This document shows positions 47,115 through 60,401 of a DNA stretch of 64,000 bases, in pieces; the first letter of the stretch is position 1; each line of letters begins with the position of its first letter. The DNA is from Sporopachydermia quercuum (Eukaryota). The translations under genes and the position numbers were made by a program. The stretch covers positions 562,138 through 626,137 of the forward strand of contig BCGN01000004.1 of assembly GCA_001599295.1 (NCBI GenBank), read 5' to 3'. The notes under the pieces were generated by a model, which ran no database searches, was not told the DNA's origin, and saw only the letters and a list, made by a program, of their open reading frames with translations.

Positions 47115-50100
47115 TTACAACTTAAGCTGTTCTAAATTACCAATCATTTGCTTGAAACCTTCAATTTCTGCGTCTAGAGTTTCTAAACGTTTAACATTTA
47201 ATTCTTTAGCTTCAGTGCTAGCCTTTGCTGCAAAATCTGAGTTCATTGATTTCTCTAGGCCAACTTTTTGCTTCTCAAGCTTTTCAAGTTTTCCTTGTGC
47301 TTTAACAATTTCAGCGTCTAAGTCAATCTGTCCTCTGACTAAAACATAAACTGTACATTCAGGAGAAACAACATCTAAAGCACAACCTTCAGGAGCAGCT
47401 TCTTCAGCCTTCAACACAGTGAAATCTTCAATCGTCTTAATTAGTGAAACAATACTTGCCTTTTGATTGGCAAGATTATTATAAACAGTTTCATTGCCAG
47501 CTTGAACAAATAATTTACCACTATGTTGAATACCGTATCTACCGAACACAGATCTAGCACTTTTAACGGTTTCTAAAACTAAATCATAAGCCTTTTCAGC
47601 CTCAGAATTATCGAATTCCTTAATATATTCTGGATACTTAGCAACAACAATTGATGGAGTTTCGTCACCAGGTCTTTTTGGTAATCGTTGCCACATTTCC
47701 TCAGTAACGTAGGGCATAAATGGATGAATCAACTTCAATGCTGAATCAATACAGGTGTAAAGAGTATCTCTAGCGGATTTTCTTTCAGCATCAGTTCCTT
47801 CTAAAATAAGATACTTAGAATTCTCAATGTAAACATCACATAATTCATATAACCAAAAGTTATAGATAGAAGATGTAGCATTAAAGAAATCCCGTTCATC
47901 TAGTGTCTTATTCAATTGTTCTGAACACTTGGTTAGTTTATGAAGGATCCATTTTTCAACCAAACTAGCATTTTCAGACAAAGAAGCTTCCTTTGATGGA
48001 ACATAATCATCGCCTAATCTCATAAGCACAAATTTGGTTGCTTGGTAAATCTTATTACAGAACTTTCTATAGCCCTCAACCCTTAAAATGTCTAAATTGA
48101 TATCTCTACCACCAGTTGTATAAGCACATAAAGCAAATCTTAAAGCATCAGTACCGCATTGTGGGATACCATTAGGATAACTAATCTTTTGACCAGCTTT
48201 AGCTTTCTCAACTTCACGAGGATCTAAATTACCAACTAATAATTTGTCACCTAAATCTTTAAGAGAAATACCAGAAATAACATCCAAAGGATCAACAACA
48301 TTGCCTAAGGATTTAGACATCTTTCTTCCTTGAGCATCACGAACAAGAGAATGACAGAATACTTCTTTGAAAGGAATTTGACCGGTCATTTTAATGCCTA
48401 GCATAATCATTCTAGAAACCCAGAAAAATAAAATATCCCAACCAGTTTCTAACATAGACATTGGATAAAAGAGTTTCATATCTTCAGTGTCTTCAGGCCA
48501 GCCAAGAGTAGAGAAAGGCCATAATCCAGAAGAGAACCAAGTATCCAAAACATCNTCATCTTGCTCTAGAACAAAAGATTTATCAGGGAATGCAGCCTTA
48601 GCTTTCTCTTCTGCTTCTTCATATGTTCTACCAGCGACCCACCATTGGCCGTCATTCTTATCTTGTTCAACTTCATCTTCAATGTTAACAAAATAAACTG
48701 GACATCTATGACCCCACCAGAGTTGTCTAGAGATACACCAATCTTGAACGTTTTCCAACCAAGAAAAGTATTCAGCTTCTGAAGACTTGGGAGTAATAGT
48801 AATCTTTCCTTGTTTCACAGCATCTAAAGCATCATAGGCCATTTGCTTCTGAGAAACCCACCATTGAGGTTTTAATAAAGGTTCAATGATATCACCAGAT
48901 TTTGAGCATAAAGGAATAGTCATAGCGTTGTCTTGTTGGCCAATTAACAAACCTTTCTTATCTAGTTCAACTAAAACTTTCTTTCTAGCATCAAATCTCT
49001 TTATGCCAACCCATTCAGGACCGCAAGATTCATTCAATAAACCATCATCAGTAAGAATATTGATAATTTCAAGATTATGACGTAAACCAGTGTTGTAATC
49101 GTTGGGATCGTGAGCAGGAGTAATCTTCACAGCACCAGTACCAAATTCCATATCAACAGCTTCATCATCAAGAATAATTGGAATATCTCTATCAATAAAT
49201 GGGTGACGAGCAAATTTACCATGCAAATGTGTATAACGAGGATCCTTAGGATGAACAGCAATACCAGTATCACCAAACATTGTTTCCGGACGAGTAGTAG
49301 CAACGATAACCTTTTCATCGGAATCTTTGATTGGATAAGCAAATGATGTTAAAACACCAAACTCAACTTTTTCATCATATCCAGGAACTGATAACAATGT
49401 TCTACCGGGAATTTCCTTATTATCAACTTCTAAATTAGACAAGGCAGTATTCAGATGAACAGACCAATTAACTAATCTTGCTGCTCTATAAATAACACCT
49501 TCATCGTGTAATCTTACAAAAGTTTCAATAACGGAATTACTTAGGTTTGGATCTAGAGTAAATGCTTCTCTAGACCAATCGTATGAAGCACCTAATCTCT
49601 TAACTTGACCTTTGATTCTAGCATGATATTCTGTTTTCCATTTCCATACTAATTCAACAAATTTTTCTCTACCATAATCATGTCTAGTTTTCTTTTCTTT
49701 AGCCCATATCATTTTTTCAACAACAGATTGAGTTGCAATACCTGCATGATCAAATCCTGGTAAAAATAAAGTAGTTTTACCTTTCATACGATTGAAACGA
49801 ATAAGACAATCTTGAATAGCAATTGTTAAAGCATGTCCAATATGTAAAGCACCTGTAACATTTGGTGGGGGTGCAGGTATAGAGAAAACTCCTTCAGGCT
49901 TAACAGCACCATCTTCTGTAAATTGGGGCTTGAAAAATCCTTGCTTATCCCACCACTCGTACCATGAGGATTCAACGATCTCAGGATTATAAGCCTTCAA
50001 AGCTGGGTTTTCTAATGAAACTAACACTTTTTTGTCGCCAGGTACGGTTGTATCAGTAAATTCGGGAATTGGTTCAGCAACTTTTTTTGGTTTCTTCTCT

Positions 50101-50288
50101 TTCTTGCTACCACCAGAAGCTGCAGATTGGGCAGCTTGAGCATCGTGATTCTTTTTCTGCTTAGCAAGAAATTTTGCTAGTTTTTCTGCTTTCTTCTTCT
50201 CTTTTTCAATCTCTTTTGCTGTTTTAACCTTCTTTTCAAGAATTGCAGCAGCTACTTGTTCAGCCACTTTCTTTTCTTCTTGTGACAT
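47115..50288 (-). CDS. VAS1: Valyl-tRNA synthetase (cytosolic form from ATG 50288)
   Basis: [60 protein letters not shown]. Confidence 0.98.
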   Translation of the reverse strand: MSQEEKKVAEQVAAAILEKKVKTAKEIEKEKKKAEKLAKFLAKQKKNHDAQAAQSAASGGSKKEKKPKKVAEPIPEFTDTTVPGDKKVLVSLENPALKAYNPEIVESSWYEWWDKQGFFKPQFTEDGAVKPEGVFSIPAPPPNVTGALHIGHALTIAIQDCLIRFNRMKGKTTLFLPGFDHAGIATQSVVEKMIWAKEKKTRHDYGREKFVELVWKWKTEYHARIKGQVKRLGASYDWSREAFTLDPNLSNSVIETFVRLHDEGVIYRAARLVNWSVHLNTALSNLEVDNKEIPGRTLLSVPGYDEKVEFGVLTSFAYPIKDSDEKVIVATTRPETMFGDTGIAVHPKDPRYTHLHGKFARHPFIDRDIPIILDDEAVDMEFGTGAVKITPAHDPNDYNTGLRHNLEIINILTDDGLLNESCGPEWVGIKRFDARKKVLVELDKKGLLIGQQDNAMTIPLCSKSGDIIEPLLKPQWWVSQKQMAYDALDAVKQGKITITPKSSEAEYFSWLENVQDWCISRQLWWGHRCPVYFVNIEDEVEQDKNDGQWWVAGRTYEEAEEKAKAAFPDKSFVLEQDXDVLDTWFSSGLWPFSTLGWPEDTEDMKLFYPMSMLETGWDILFFWVSRMIMLGIKMTGQIPFKEVFCHSLVRDAQGRKMSKSLGNVVDPLDVISGISLKDLGDKLLVGNLDPREVEKAKAGQKISYPNGIPQCGTDALRFALCAYTTGGRDINLDILRVEGYRKFCNKIYQATKFVLMRLGDDYVPSKEASLSENASLVEKWILHKLTKCSEQLNKTLDERDFFNATSSIYNFWLYELCDVYIENSKYLILEGTDAERKSARDTLYTCIDSALKLIHPFMPYVTEEMWQRLPKRPGDETPSIVVAKYPEYIKEFDNSEAEKAYDLVLETVKSARSVFGRYGIQHSGKLFVQAGNETVYNNLANQKASIVSLIKTIEDFTVLKAEEAAPEGCALDVVSPECTVYVLVRGQIDLDAEIVKAQGKLEKLEKQKVGLEKSMNSDFAAKASTEAKELNVKRLETLDAEIEGFKQMIGNLEQLKL

Positions 50289-50556
50289 TATGGACGAACT
50301 GGAAATATTCCTTATAGTGGATTTTGATTTAATAAAGACCTATTGATGAAATTGTTAATGACCTGTTACAGACTGGTAACTTAAAAGTATGATATTTAGT
50401 TCTTATTGGCTTTTGCAGATCCTTCCTTCCTTTCTTTTCTTTTCTATTGCTTACTTTCGATGTGATACAATTATTAACACTATTACTGGGAATACACGCA
50501 CTCCTCTTGTGAATACCAACAGCACGATTTAATCCAAGAATCAATCTCCGTTGCAT
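50289..50556 (-). CDS. VAS1: Upstream spliced extension of VAS1 encoding a putative mitochondrial presequence; exon 50556-50455, intron 50454-50340, exon continuing from 50339
   Basis: A phase-0 intron GTAAGC..CATTAAC..TAG gives [34 protein letters not shown]+[17 protein letters not shown], in frame with MSQEEKK. The 51 aa are basic and Ser-rich with no Asp or Glu. Confidence 0.8.
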
Positions 50557-52016
50557 ATATATAACCAGTGAAACAGTCTAATTTTATTTAATCAAAACAA
50601 CAAACTACCGATGACTAATTCACTAGAAAAACTAAACTAATCTGTCGATTATATTAATCTATCCTTAGTCAATGTTTAAGCAGAATAATTAATCAGAATC
50701 TAAAGTCCCAATCAAGCTACATAAAACCTTCAACTTTTCCCATTTATTTCTATTATGAAACAACAAGAAATCTCATATGTTTACTCAGGACTGTTTTTTA
50801 TTCTCTCGTGCTTACATCAATGCTACTTCATCCAAAGTTTCCGTAATTGAGTCATTCTTATTCCAATCTTCACTCTCACCGTACTGAATTCACATACTTT
50901 TTCGATTTCGACGACAATGCAGCTAAAAATTTCCACTCTTAAATAGGAATCTGAAAANTTTTCCTATAAGAGGAAGGTTGGCCAATACTTGTACATGTAA
51001 TATTTTGGGGGCAGGTGGGAGATAAACATGAGCTGAGAGATGAAGTAAGGTGGATAAGGATTCGGACGGGGTTGGGATCAGAAGGAGAAAGCAAAGGCAG
51101 CCTCAACGAAGATATAATAATGGAAAGAGTAATAGACAATCTTTAAGATTAGTAAAAGGAGTAAATAGTAGGTATTTGTTGATTGTAATTAAGAAGGAAT
51201 GAAAAGTAGAATATGAGTTGAGAATGAGATAGAGTACGGGCCGTACATATTTATTGATGATGTTATCGATTATTGATGAAGGTGAAGCATATGTTGCCGC
51301 AATACAAAAGATGTATTGTATTGTAATGTGTTGTTGATTCAGTTAACTGAAAAAGTGAAACATTCACTGTAGTTGTAGTAAATCTATTTCCGTAAATACC
51401 TATCCTTGAAATGAAGTTGTGAGGTTGGTACTAGATGTATGAAAAATGAAGTCGTAACTCTTTCTAAGACGCCAAAATTCTACTAGTATGCGCTAATGAA
51501 ATCTACAAGCAACTCTAATCCTGAACATCCATTCTCGTACTAGGTATTGACTGTGTTCAATACCTAGTAACTAGTCTCAGCGACTCAAGAGGTTATGCTT
51601 CCTCAAGATTTTTGGTCCATAAAACATAAGTCAGTGTTTTCAAAACATTATCATTAACTCATGTCTTTATTCAATGGAATTGACAAATTCAATTACTTTC
51701 AACACTACATGCCTCAATATGCTCTATCTACATGCTCATGCATATTGCACATGTAAAGTTTCTTCCTTTTATTACTTTTTTGCTCACTCTTTAATATCAA
51801 ATAGCACTTTGAGGCACATTATTATCTACTTATCTTTGATCATACATTATAGTGAATAACGAAATTTCATTTTAAGTATCTGATTGCTCTAAAAGTTGGG
51901 AGATATTTTCGTAACGATCTCAACCGATCTATGCTTGATATCGATTCTCTGAGGTAAGATTAGAGTGAAGTGCAAATAAATATACTGCTTGCTGAATTTT
52001 CTTTCTTACTACTTCA

Positions 52017-53723
52017 ATGTCGCTTACTGATGAACTTTTAGCTGATTTAGGCTCTGATTTAGACTCCGATGTTTNCTCTGATAACGAGGAAACTGCTCAA
52101 AATGATGAGTCTCTAATCAAAGAAGCTGCGAGTGGCGAAGGGGAGAAGGCAGTGCCCTCCGGTGATGATGGGAATGATAAGGACCGTGAAGACGTTGCAC
52201 AGCAGATGGAGATTGATACTGATGAAAAGAGCAATAAATATGAAGCTATTTTATCCAGTCTGTCAAAATGTACACAATTAGTTGAGTTACCTAGTGTTGT
52301 TAAGTTGGTTGAACAGTTAATACCTATTCTCCGGAAGATTGATAAATTCGTTTGTAACCCTGAACTAACATTAGACGGAGTTATTGAATCCAATCCAGAG
52401 TATCAACTGATTATTGAATCAAATGCGCTGGCAGTAAAAATTGATTCCGAACAAATAGAATTAGACACATATATAAGGAAACAATACAGTGTATGTTTCC
52501 CTGAGCTCGAGACACTAATACTCAATCCTTCTGATTATGCATCAGCAGTGAAAGTAATCAAGAAAGATGTTTCCAAGGTTTCTGAATTGAGCGAAGAGTT
52601 AAAAAAGTTTTTACAAGGTTCTATTGTAATGGTAGTAACAATGTCCGCTTTTCAGTCAAAAGGTACAGAATTGTCTGATGAACTGTTTTATAAGGTCTTG
52701 TTGGCATGTAATATTCTTCTGACCCTATCCGAAGTTAAATCCAAGATTATTTCTTACGTTGCGTCAAGATTGCATATATTTGCCCCCAACATAACTGCAA
52801 TAGTTGGTTCTAGGACTGCTGCTCAGTTGGTAGGGATATCAGGAGGTTTATTCAATCTTGCGAAAGTTCCAGCATGTAATTTACCATCGCTTGGTGTAAA
52901 ACGAGAGATCAATACAGGAGTCAGCAGAAGCAATGTTAATGAAGGTTACATATATCATTCGGAACTAGTACAGAAAATACCTGCTGAATATAGGAGACAA
53001 GCCATGCGTATTATCTCTGGTAAGCTTGTTCTTGCAGCACGTATTGATTTATCGAAACCAAAGAATGGAGATTTAGGGAAAATGTATAGAACTGAAATCG
53101 AGAAAAAACTGGAAAATCTACTGACACCACCTGAAAACCAAGGAGATAAGGCTCTTCCTATACCTATTGAAAATCCATCGAAAAAGAGAGGTGGGAAACG
53201 AGCTAGGAAGTATAAAGAACAGTTTTCTATGAGTGAGCTACGTAAAGCTTCTAATAGAGTAAAGCTTGATTCTGTGAAAGAATCAAGTGATGTTGGGTAC
53301 CTTGCATCTTACAGTGTTGACGATGATGATGATATAGACGTTGCAAATGGGTCAGGATTAGGTAATAAAGGAGTTCGGACTGTTACTGTTGATGCTAAAA
53401 CAAGAGGTAAGATCAGTAAAAGTTTGCAAGCTCGTTTGGGAAACAATGGTACCGTTCATTTCAACTCCAGTAATAATGCCACTATTGCTAGCACACTATC
53501 TGGTTTATCAACGCCTTCATCTACTATAGCTTTTGAAGGAGGCGATGGGTTTCAACTGAAAGCCCCAGAAGAGAAGTCAATTAATTCAAAGAAGAATAGT
53601 GAAACCAGTTGGTTTACCAGAGGTAATTTTTCTGGTGTTGGGAATGAAAGTAATGAAGAAACAACAGCGAATAAACGAACTATGTCGGAGAATTCACCTG
53701 AAGCAAAGAGACAGAAAATGTAG
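52017..53723 (+). CDS. PRP31: U4/U6 snRNP protein Prp31 (NOP domain)
   Basis: MSLTDELLADL, NPEYQLI, FPELETLI, APNITAIVG, KVPACNL, KLVLAARID, KALPIP..KKRGGKRARKYKE. Confidence 0.95.
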   Translation: MSLTDELLADLGSDLDSDVXSDNEETAQNDESLIKEAASGEGEKAVPSGDDGNDKDREDVAQQMEIDTDEKSNKYEAILSSLSKCTQLVELPSVVKLVEQLIPILRKIDKFVCNPELTLDGVIESNPEYQLIIESNALAVKIDSEQIELDTYIRKQYSVCFPELETLILNPSDYASAVKVIKKDVSKVSELSEELKKFLQGSIVMVVTMSAFQSKGTELSDELFYKVLLACNILLTLSEVKSKIISYVASRLHIFAPNITAIVGSRTAAQLVGISGGLFNLAKVPACNLPSLGVKREINTGVSRSNVNEGYIYHSELVQKIPAEYRRQAMRIISGKLVLAARIDLSKPKNGDLGKMYRTEIEKKLENLLTPPENQGDKALPIPIENPSKKRGGKRARKYKEQFSMSELRKASNRVKLDSVKESSDVGYLASYSVDDDDDIDVANGSGLGNKGVRTVTVDAKTRGKISKSLQARLGNNGTVHFNSSNNATIASTLSGLSTPSSTIAFEGGDGFQLKAPEEKSINSKKNSETSWFTRGNFSGVGNESNEETTANKRTMSENSPEAKRQKM

Positions 53724-54042
53724 TACGAACAGATTCTGGTTATGATAAGGATGATGGTTTGGATAAGAAAACAGTTAGTTGATGAATAATGTATAATAGT
53801 ATTATAGTACTGCTTCTTACTCAGAAGTGAAGTAATACAATAATAATCTTTTTAATAATCATATCACAATGATGCTTATATATAAGATTGGAACGAACAT
53901 TGTTGCTCTGTACTCTAAATACCTAAATGTCTACTAGATTTAATTAATAACTTTTAATATTATATTCATCGATGAAGTTCGAAAAAAACAACTCATAATA
54001 AACAAGATTTCAAGTATCCTATGTAATAAACCAAAAAATTGT

Positions 54043-55722
<1,680 letters not shown>

Positions 55723-57235
55723 TTATAATCAAGATATTTATGTATACTAATTGGTCTCCTTGTCTAGCAATTGAGGAAATTAGCCGTAGGTTCTTATAAT
55801 AGACTAATTACAAGTCTATACTATAATTTCCTGAAAGTATTTATTACCGTTGTTATTTTTATTAACAAAAATATCAAAGAAAACTAATTAAAAAATTTAA
55901 GAGTCCTTGTTATAAGTTGTTCAACATTTATTTATCTTCCAGTGTTCATCATCGAGATCATTGGAAGGGAAAACAAGGAGAAGAATACTTGGTGTGTTCT
56001 ATTTCATAAACTATAAAACTATACTTAAAAGGTTACAATTACAATTGGAAATAATAAGCTTTGTGTTATTATCCTTTTTGGGGTGGGGGTTGAGTGCTAG
56101 AAATCACGAGTTGATGCAGCCGGCAAATCAATGGAAAGAGATAATTTGGGAATGATGAGACGGCTTTAATAATTATTACGATTAATAAAAATAAGCAAAG
56201 CAGATAGATGATTTTGGTTGGCTTCGATTTTGGTTGTTGAAGACGTTGGTATGAGATTAGGATCATTTAGGATCATTCCCAAGGTGATGGTTGAAGACCG
56301 ATGGTTGACGGGTGAATTGAGACTACATGATGAGATGATGTTTTAGTGTGTGGCTTTATGACTGAGACTACATGACGATTTGGGAGAAATAAAAGTAGGT
56401 ATGCAGTTCAAGTATAAGAAAAATATAATATATAGATAGTATATAACTGACTGAACCAAGTTGCTTGAAAGAAGGAACTGTCAACGCAGAAATTGAATGA
56501 ATGTTCTGCCGGGCAAGAGAATCAATGACAAGGTCTGATACATTTTAGCTCATGGATTCATGCAGGATGATTCAGATGAGATGAAATTTGATTGCGTTTA
56601 ACAACTGGATTCGTTGCCACAACAGATCTGAAGAGTTCAATACAATATTCTTTATACTATAGTTAATTCTTAAACAGTTGAGTGCATGTATGAATACATA
56701 TGATTTTCAATCAGGAAGCGGAAAAAGCGTGGGCGACATGGTCAATGGCAATAGTAAATATAGTTCCATATCTCATCAATCGATAGGGAGAATGCATGAA
56801 TAATTCAGGTTCTTGTTTCAACTTTTGGTTGGTACCTGAAAATAATATGCAATCAAACGTGTGTTTCTTGCCTGAAGAGATGATCCTTCAATTGATTGAG
56901 GGAAACAACAATAAAATTATGAAAATCAATGAACTGAATTTTCTCAATTATTCAATTGAAAGATATTGTTCTAGAAGTGGTATAATTTTCTACAGTTTGG
57001 TATTGGTTTTTTTGATTTTCCACCGGATTATGGGGGGACCGGGACCCTTTATGAATTTTTTTTTTCTCACTCTTTCTGACATATTCCTGAAAGTCTTGGT
57101 TTCTACGGGTATTTTACTCTTAAGGTTGGGGGTAATTATTTCGGATCATCAATTAATTATTTAGCTTCTAAGGCTCGTCAAATTGAACAATTTGATAAGA
57201 GAAAGAGCTATATATAAAAAAATTCTAAAAATAAG

Positions 57236-57309
57236 TGGACGACACCGGAATCGAACCGGGGACCTCCCGCATGCTAAGCGGATGTGATAACCAACTACAC
57301 CAGACGCCC
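57236..57309 (-). tRNA. tRNA-Ala (anticodon AGC), intronless
   Basis: GGGCGTCTGGTGTAGTTGGTTATCACATCCGCTTAGCATGCGGGAGGTCCCCGGTTCGATTCCGGTGTCGTCCA: cloverleaf, G3:U70 Ala identity pair, B-box GGTTCGATTCC, T-runs downstream. Confidence 0.97.
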
Positions 57310-57322
57310 AAGTTTGGGAGTA

Positions 57323-57590
57323 TGTTACTGTCTGATCATACATCATTCAGTAAAATAAAATGAATTTTAAGAAAAATTGAAGAATTGTATTAGAACTCTT
57401 ACTCTTTTTCCTTCTTCTCCTTCTTATTATTATTAATTAGAAAGAGAAGAATGAGAGTAAATAATCAGCGAAGTAAATAGTATATATATATAAAAGGTAC
57501 AAATAGAAATATAGATAAATGTGAAATGCCAATGTGTCACGTGAAAGGTCACGTGGTTTAGTAATAAGTAATGCATAGCTGGTTGTTACA
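57323..57590. mobile_element. Solo-LTR-like element, copy 1 (TGTTACTG...TGTTACA), 14 bp upstream of tRNA-Ala
   Basis: TG...CA termini, visible similarity along its length to 58124-58396, and flanks GAGTA/AAGTA (4 of 5 match, possible TSD). The position resembles Ty3/gypsy targeting of Pol III start sites. Confidence 0.65.
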
Positions 57591-57812
57591 AAGTATTATA
57601 AGGTTTTTGCATTCTAACCTTCAGTTACANGGAGACCTTTTATCATTCACAAGCTTGATCCTTTCCAAAACATTATATAGGTAAAATATACACATATTTA
57701 TACCTATTTGTAACAATTAAAACAAATAATCAAATAAATAATCAAAACCAATTCAAAACAATAAACAATGTTCTCGGTTCTATCTCGTTTCAGAGATGTT
57801 TCTGATAGAATT

Positions 57813-57847
57813 CATATTCATGCATATTCATGCATATTCATGCATAT
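57813..57847. repeat. Tandem 10-bp repeat (CATATTCATG) about 3.5 copies
   Basis: catattcatg catattcatg catattcatg catat read directly. Confidence 0.85.
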
Positions 57848-58123
57848 AGTAATCCTTACATGTGAAGGCCCTTACACATGTAGACCAACGAAGAACTACC
57901 AACAAAGAACTACTAAATATTACTTGTTGGTGAAACATTATTCTNNTATAAATAACCTAGCGTCCAGCTGCTTATCTTACTTTATTATTCCTCTTATATA
58001 TCATTAGATAGCTATATAATGGCCAATGGCGCTTATGAAGAAAAACAACATATAATCACTGATAGAACGATTCTATAGAGTCCCATAATAGGGGGTTTAT
58101 AAGGGACAANTACATTTCGCAGG

Positions 58124-58396
58124 TGTTACTGTCTAATCGTTTACTATTCAGTAAAATAAAATGAACACCAGAAACAATGAAGAATTATATTAGAATTCTT
58201 ACTCTTCTCTATTCTTCTCCTTTTTCTTATTATTATTCTGAAAGAAAATAATGAGTGTAAATAATCATCGAGGTAAAATAAAATAAAAAAGATAGCATAT
58301 ATAGAAGGTANAAAAAGGAATACTAAATAGTTGAAAGTTAAAAGTTAATCTGGTCACGTGGCTCAAGTAGTAAGAAATGTATAGCTATGTGTTACA
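58124..58396. mobile_element. Solo-LTR-like element, copy 2 (diverged direct repeat of 57323-57590)
   Basis: Shared blocks TGTTACTGTCT, ATTCAGTAAAATAAAATGAA, TGAAGAATT.TATTAGAA.TCTTACTCTT, GTAAATAATCA.CGA.GTAAA, GGTCACGTGG, ATAGCT...TGTTACA. Confidence 0.6.
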
Positions 58397-59162
58397 CTGG
58401 CAATGTTGGGGGGTAATGTATTTATGCTTTGAGGTGTACATTTGACTTTCAAAGCCTGCAGGTAAATCAAGATTATTGCTTCCTTACTTCTTTACGCTAA
58501 GAGATTGATCATATAATTTCTATTTCATGCTTATGACAAGTTTTACTTTATAAGTTTCATTGAGGTACATTATTATGTTTTGTTCAACTGGGACGATGGA
58601 TAAAGATACTGGTAAAGTGCCCAGTAACAATGTTCATGTTGATTAGTCTTACAGCATATGAAAAGGAAATAATANACAATGTATGAGACTATCTTACATC
58701 AGACGTCTATTTCGATGGCAAACAATTCAAGCTGGTAAGTTCTGACGGTTCTGTATACTCCTAATGAACCATTGATATACTCTCTACAATCAACTGGTAG
58801 AAGTAGTTGTATAATACCGTGCAGATTCACTTCAAGGGGAACAGTCAAGGATACCCATGCACTTCTCCCACATCAAGAATTAGGTGTAACTCCAGAGAAC
58901 AAACTCAATCAACTTACTTTCCATAAAATAAAAAGATATTTGATTTAATGGTTCTTCAATGTTAGTCATATCCTTCTTGATCTCAGAGAGATACTTGTCC
59001 AAACTGGAATCTTCACGAACGGTATTGGAATATATCAGCAAGATAACAACATAGCCTCTAAACAACTACAGGGATTAAAGTATTTGCTTATTCTTCGTCA
59101 AAGAAATACTGATTTTTCTTTATCAAAATCGCTCATAAGGAGTAAAAAGATATAAAAAGAAA

Positions 59163-59236
59163 TGGACGACACCGGAATCGAACCGGGGACCTCCCGCATG
59201 CTAAGCGGATGTGATAACCAACTACACCAGACGCCC
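59163..59236 (-). tRNA. tRNA-Ala (anticodon AGC), identical to the 57236-57309 copy
   Basis: Same 74-nt sequence, followed by a T-rich terminator on the minus strand. Confidence 0.97.
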
Positions 59237-60401
59237 TTCTCGCAAAGATTGAGGAACATTGTTATGAAACAACCAATGGGAAGTCATAGAACCCTGTGAT
59301 CCAAAAGANGAGTTTTCGAAGAGCGGTTATCAACTGTATATCAATCTCATGACCCTACAATATCAACTTGCATTGAGTCAATAGTCATTGTCTGCTGATT
59401 TCTCATGATATAATATACAATAGTACAGGAAAATCAAGGGCATTTGCAATGAATGGGTAAACGAAGCAACTGAGAATATGCCTTGAATCTTTATAAGTCC
59501 ATACGCTTCTCAAACATGAGAAGATTTCTGAAAGAGTTAGTATGAATCTCTCTTCGAGCTCTGACTTCCATTGATTTGGACCAAAAGAAATAAGGTTAGT
59601 TACAGTATATTTAGGATTTGAACTCTAAATACAAAGCTTAATAATCATTCTATGTGGGACAGAATGCTCACCAAATAACTAGCACATGAGCTTCCTACTG
59701 TCAAATAATCTCCTTTTCAGCTTCAAAATAATAGNAATTAATATTTCAAGATTAATAAATATGAAATAGTTAGTATAGTCATTCTTTTCATAGAAAAATG
59801 TCATAATTTATTCACACAAAAACTTAAGTTTAAGTCTATTGGCTTCCTATTTAGGAAGGTGAAATAACTCAAACTTGAGTTTCTTCAGCAGGTGGTATAT
59901 TAATCTCTGCCATTCTGTACCCTCGAGTGTTTTATAATATCCCATAATGACTAAAATATCTATCAACAAAAACATCCAACATTCGCAATATATTGCAACA
60001 ATTAACCTGACTACANGGCTTTATTATATTAACTAATGGAGTAAAATTGAATTAGAATCAATTCTAAGTTTTATGACGATCGCCAAATAATGTAGTGGTG
60101 GACATAAAAAGATCATGCGACTCAAATTCGATGAGTATGGCGTTAGGCCGGCACTAAAGCGGGGGCCGCCTTATAGTGGATATCTTCATCTAGAGAAGTG
60201 AAATAGATCAATGAATTCCAGGTTTTAGACCCTGGGAGTTTTCATGTCCTTGTCAATGGATTCAACTGTCGAAGTTTCTTTGGAGCCTAGGGCTCTTGAT
60301 GGCATTCAAGAAACAATGAGAAAACATAGGGCCAATGAAACAGATACCATGAGACCACAAGTTTTTCAAAGCTTTATTAATTGAAAGAGGGCGTTGCAAA
60401 T

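Noticed and set aside
56256..56378. U3 box A-like TAGGATCATT (twice) and a C/D-like ATGATGA..CTGA
   Set aside because: Other U3 boxes are missing and the C-D spacing is too short; more likely small duplications in the PGI1 promoter.
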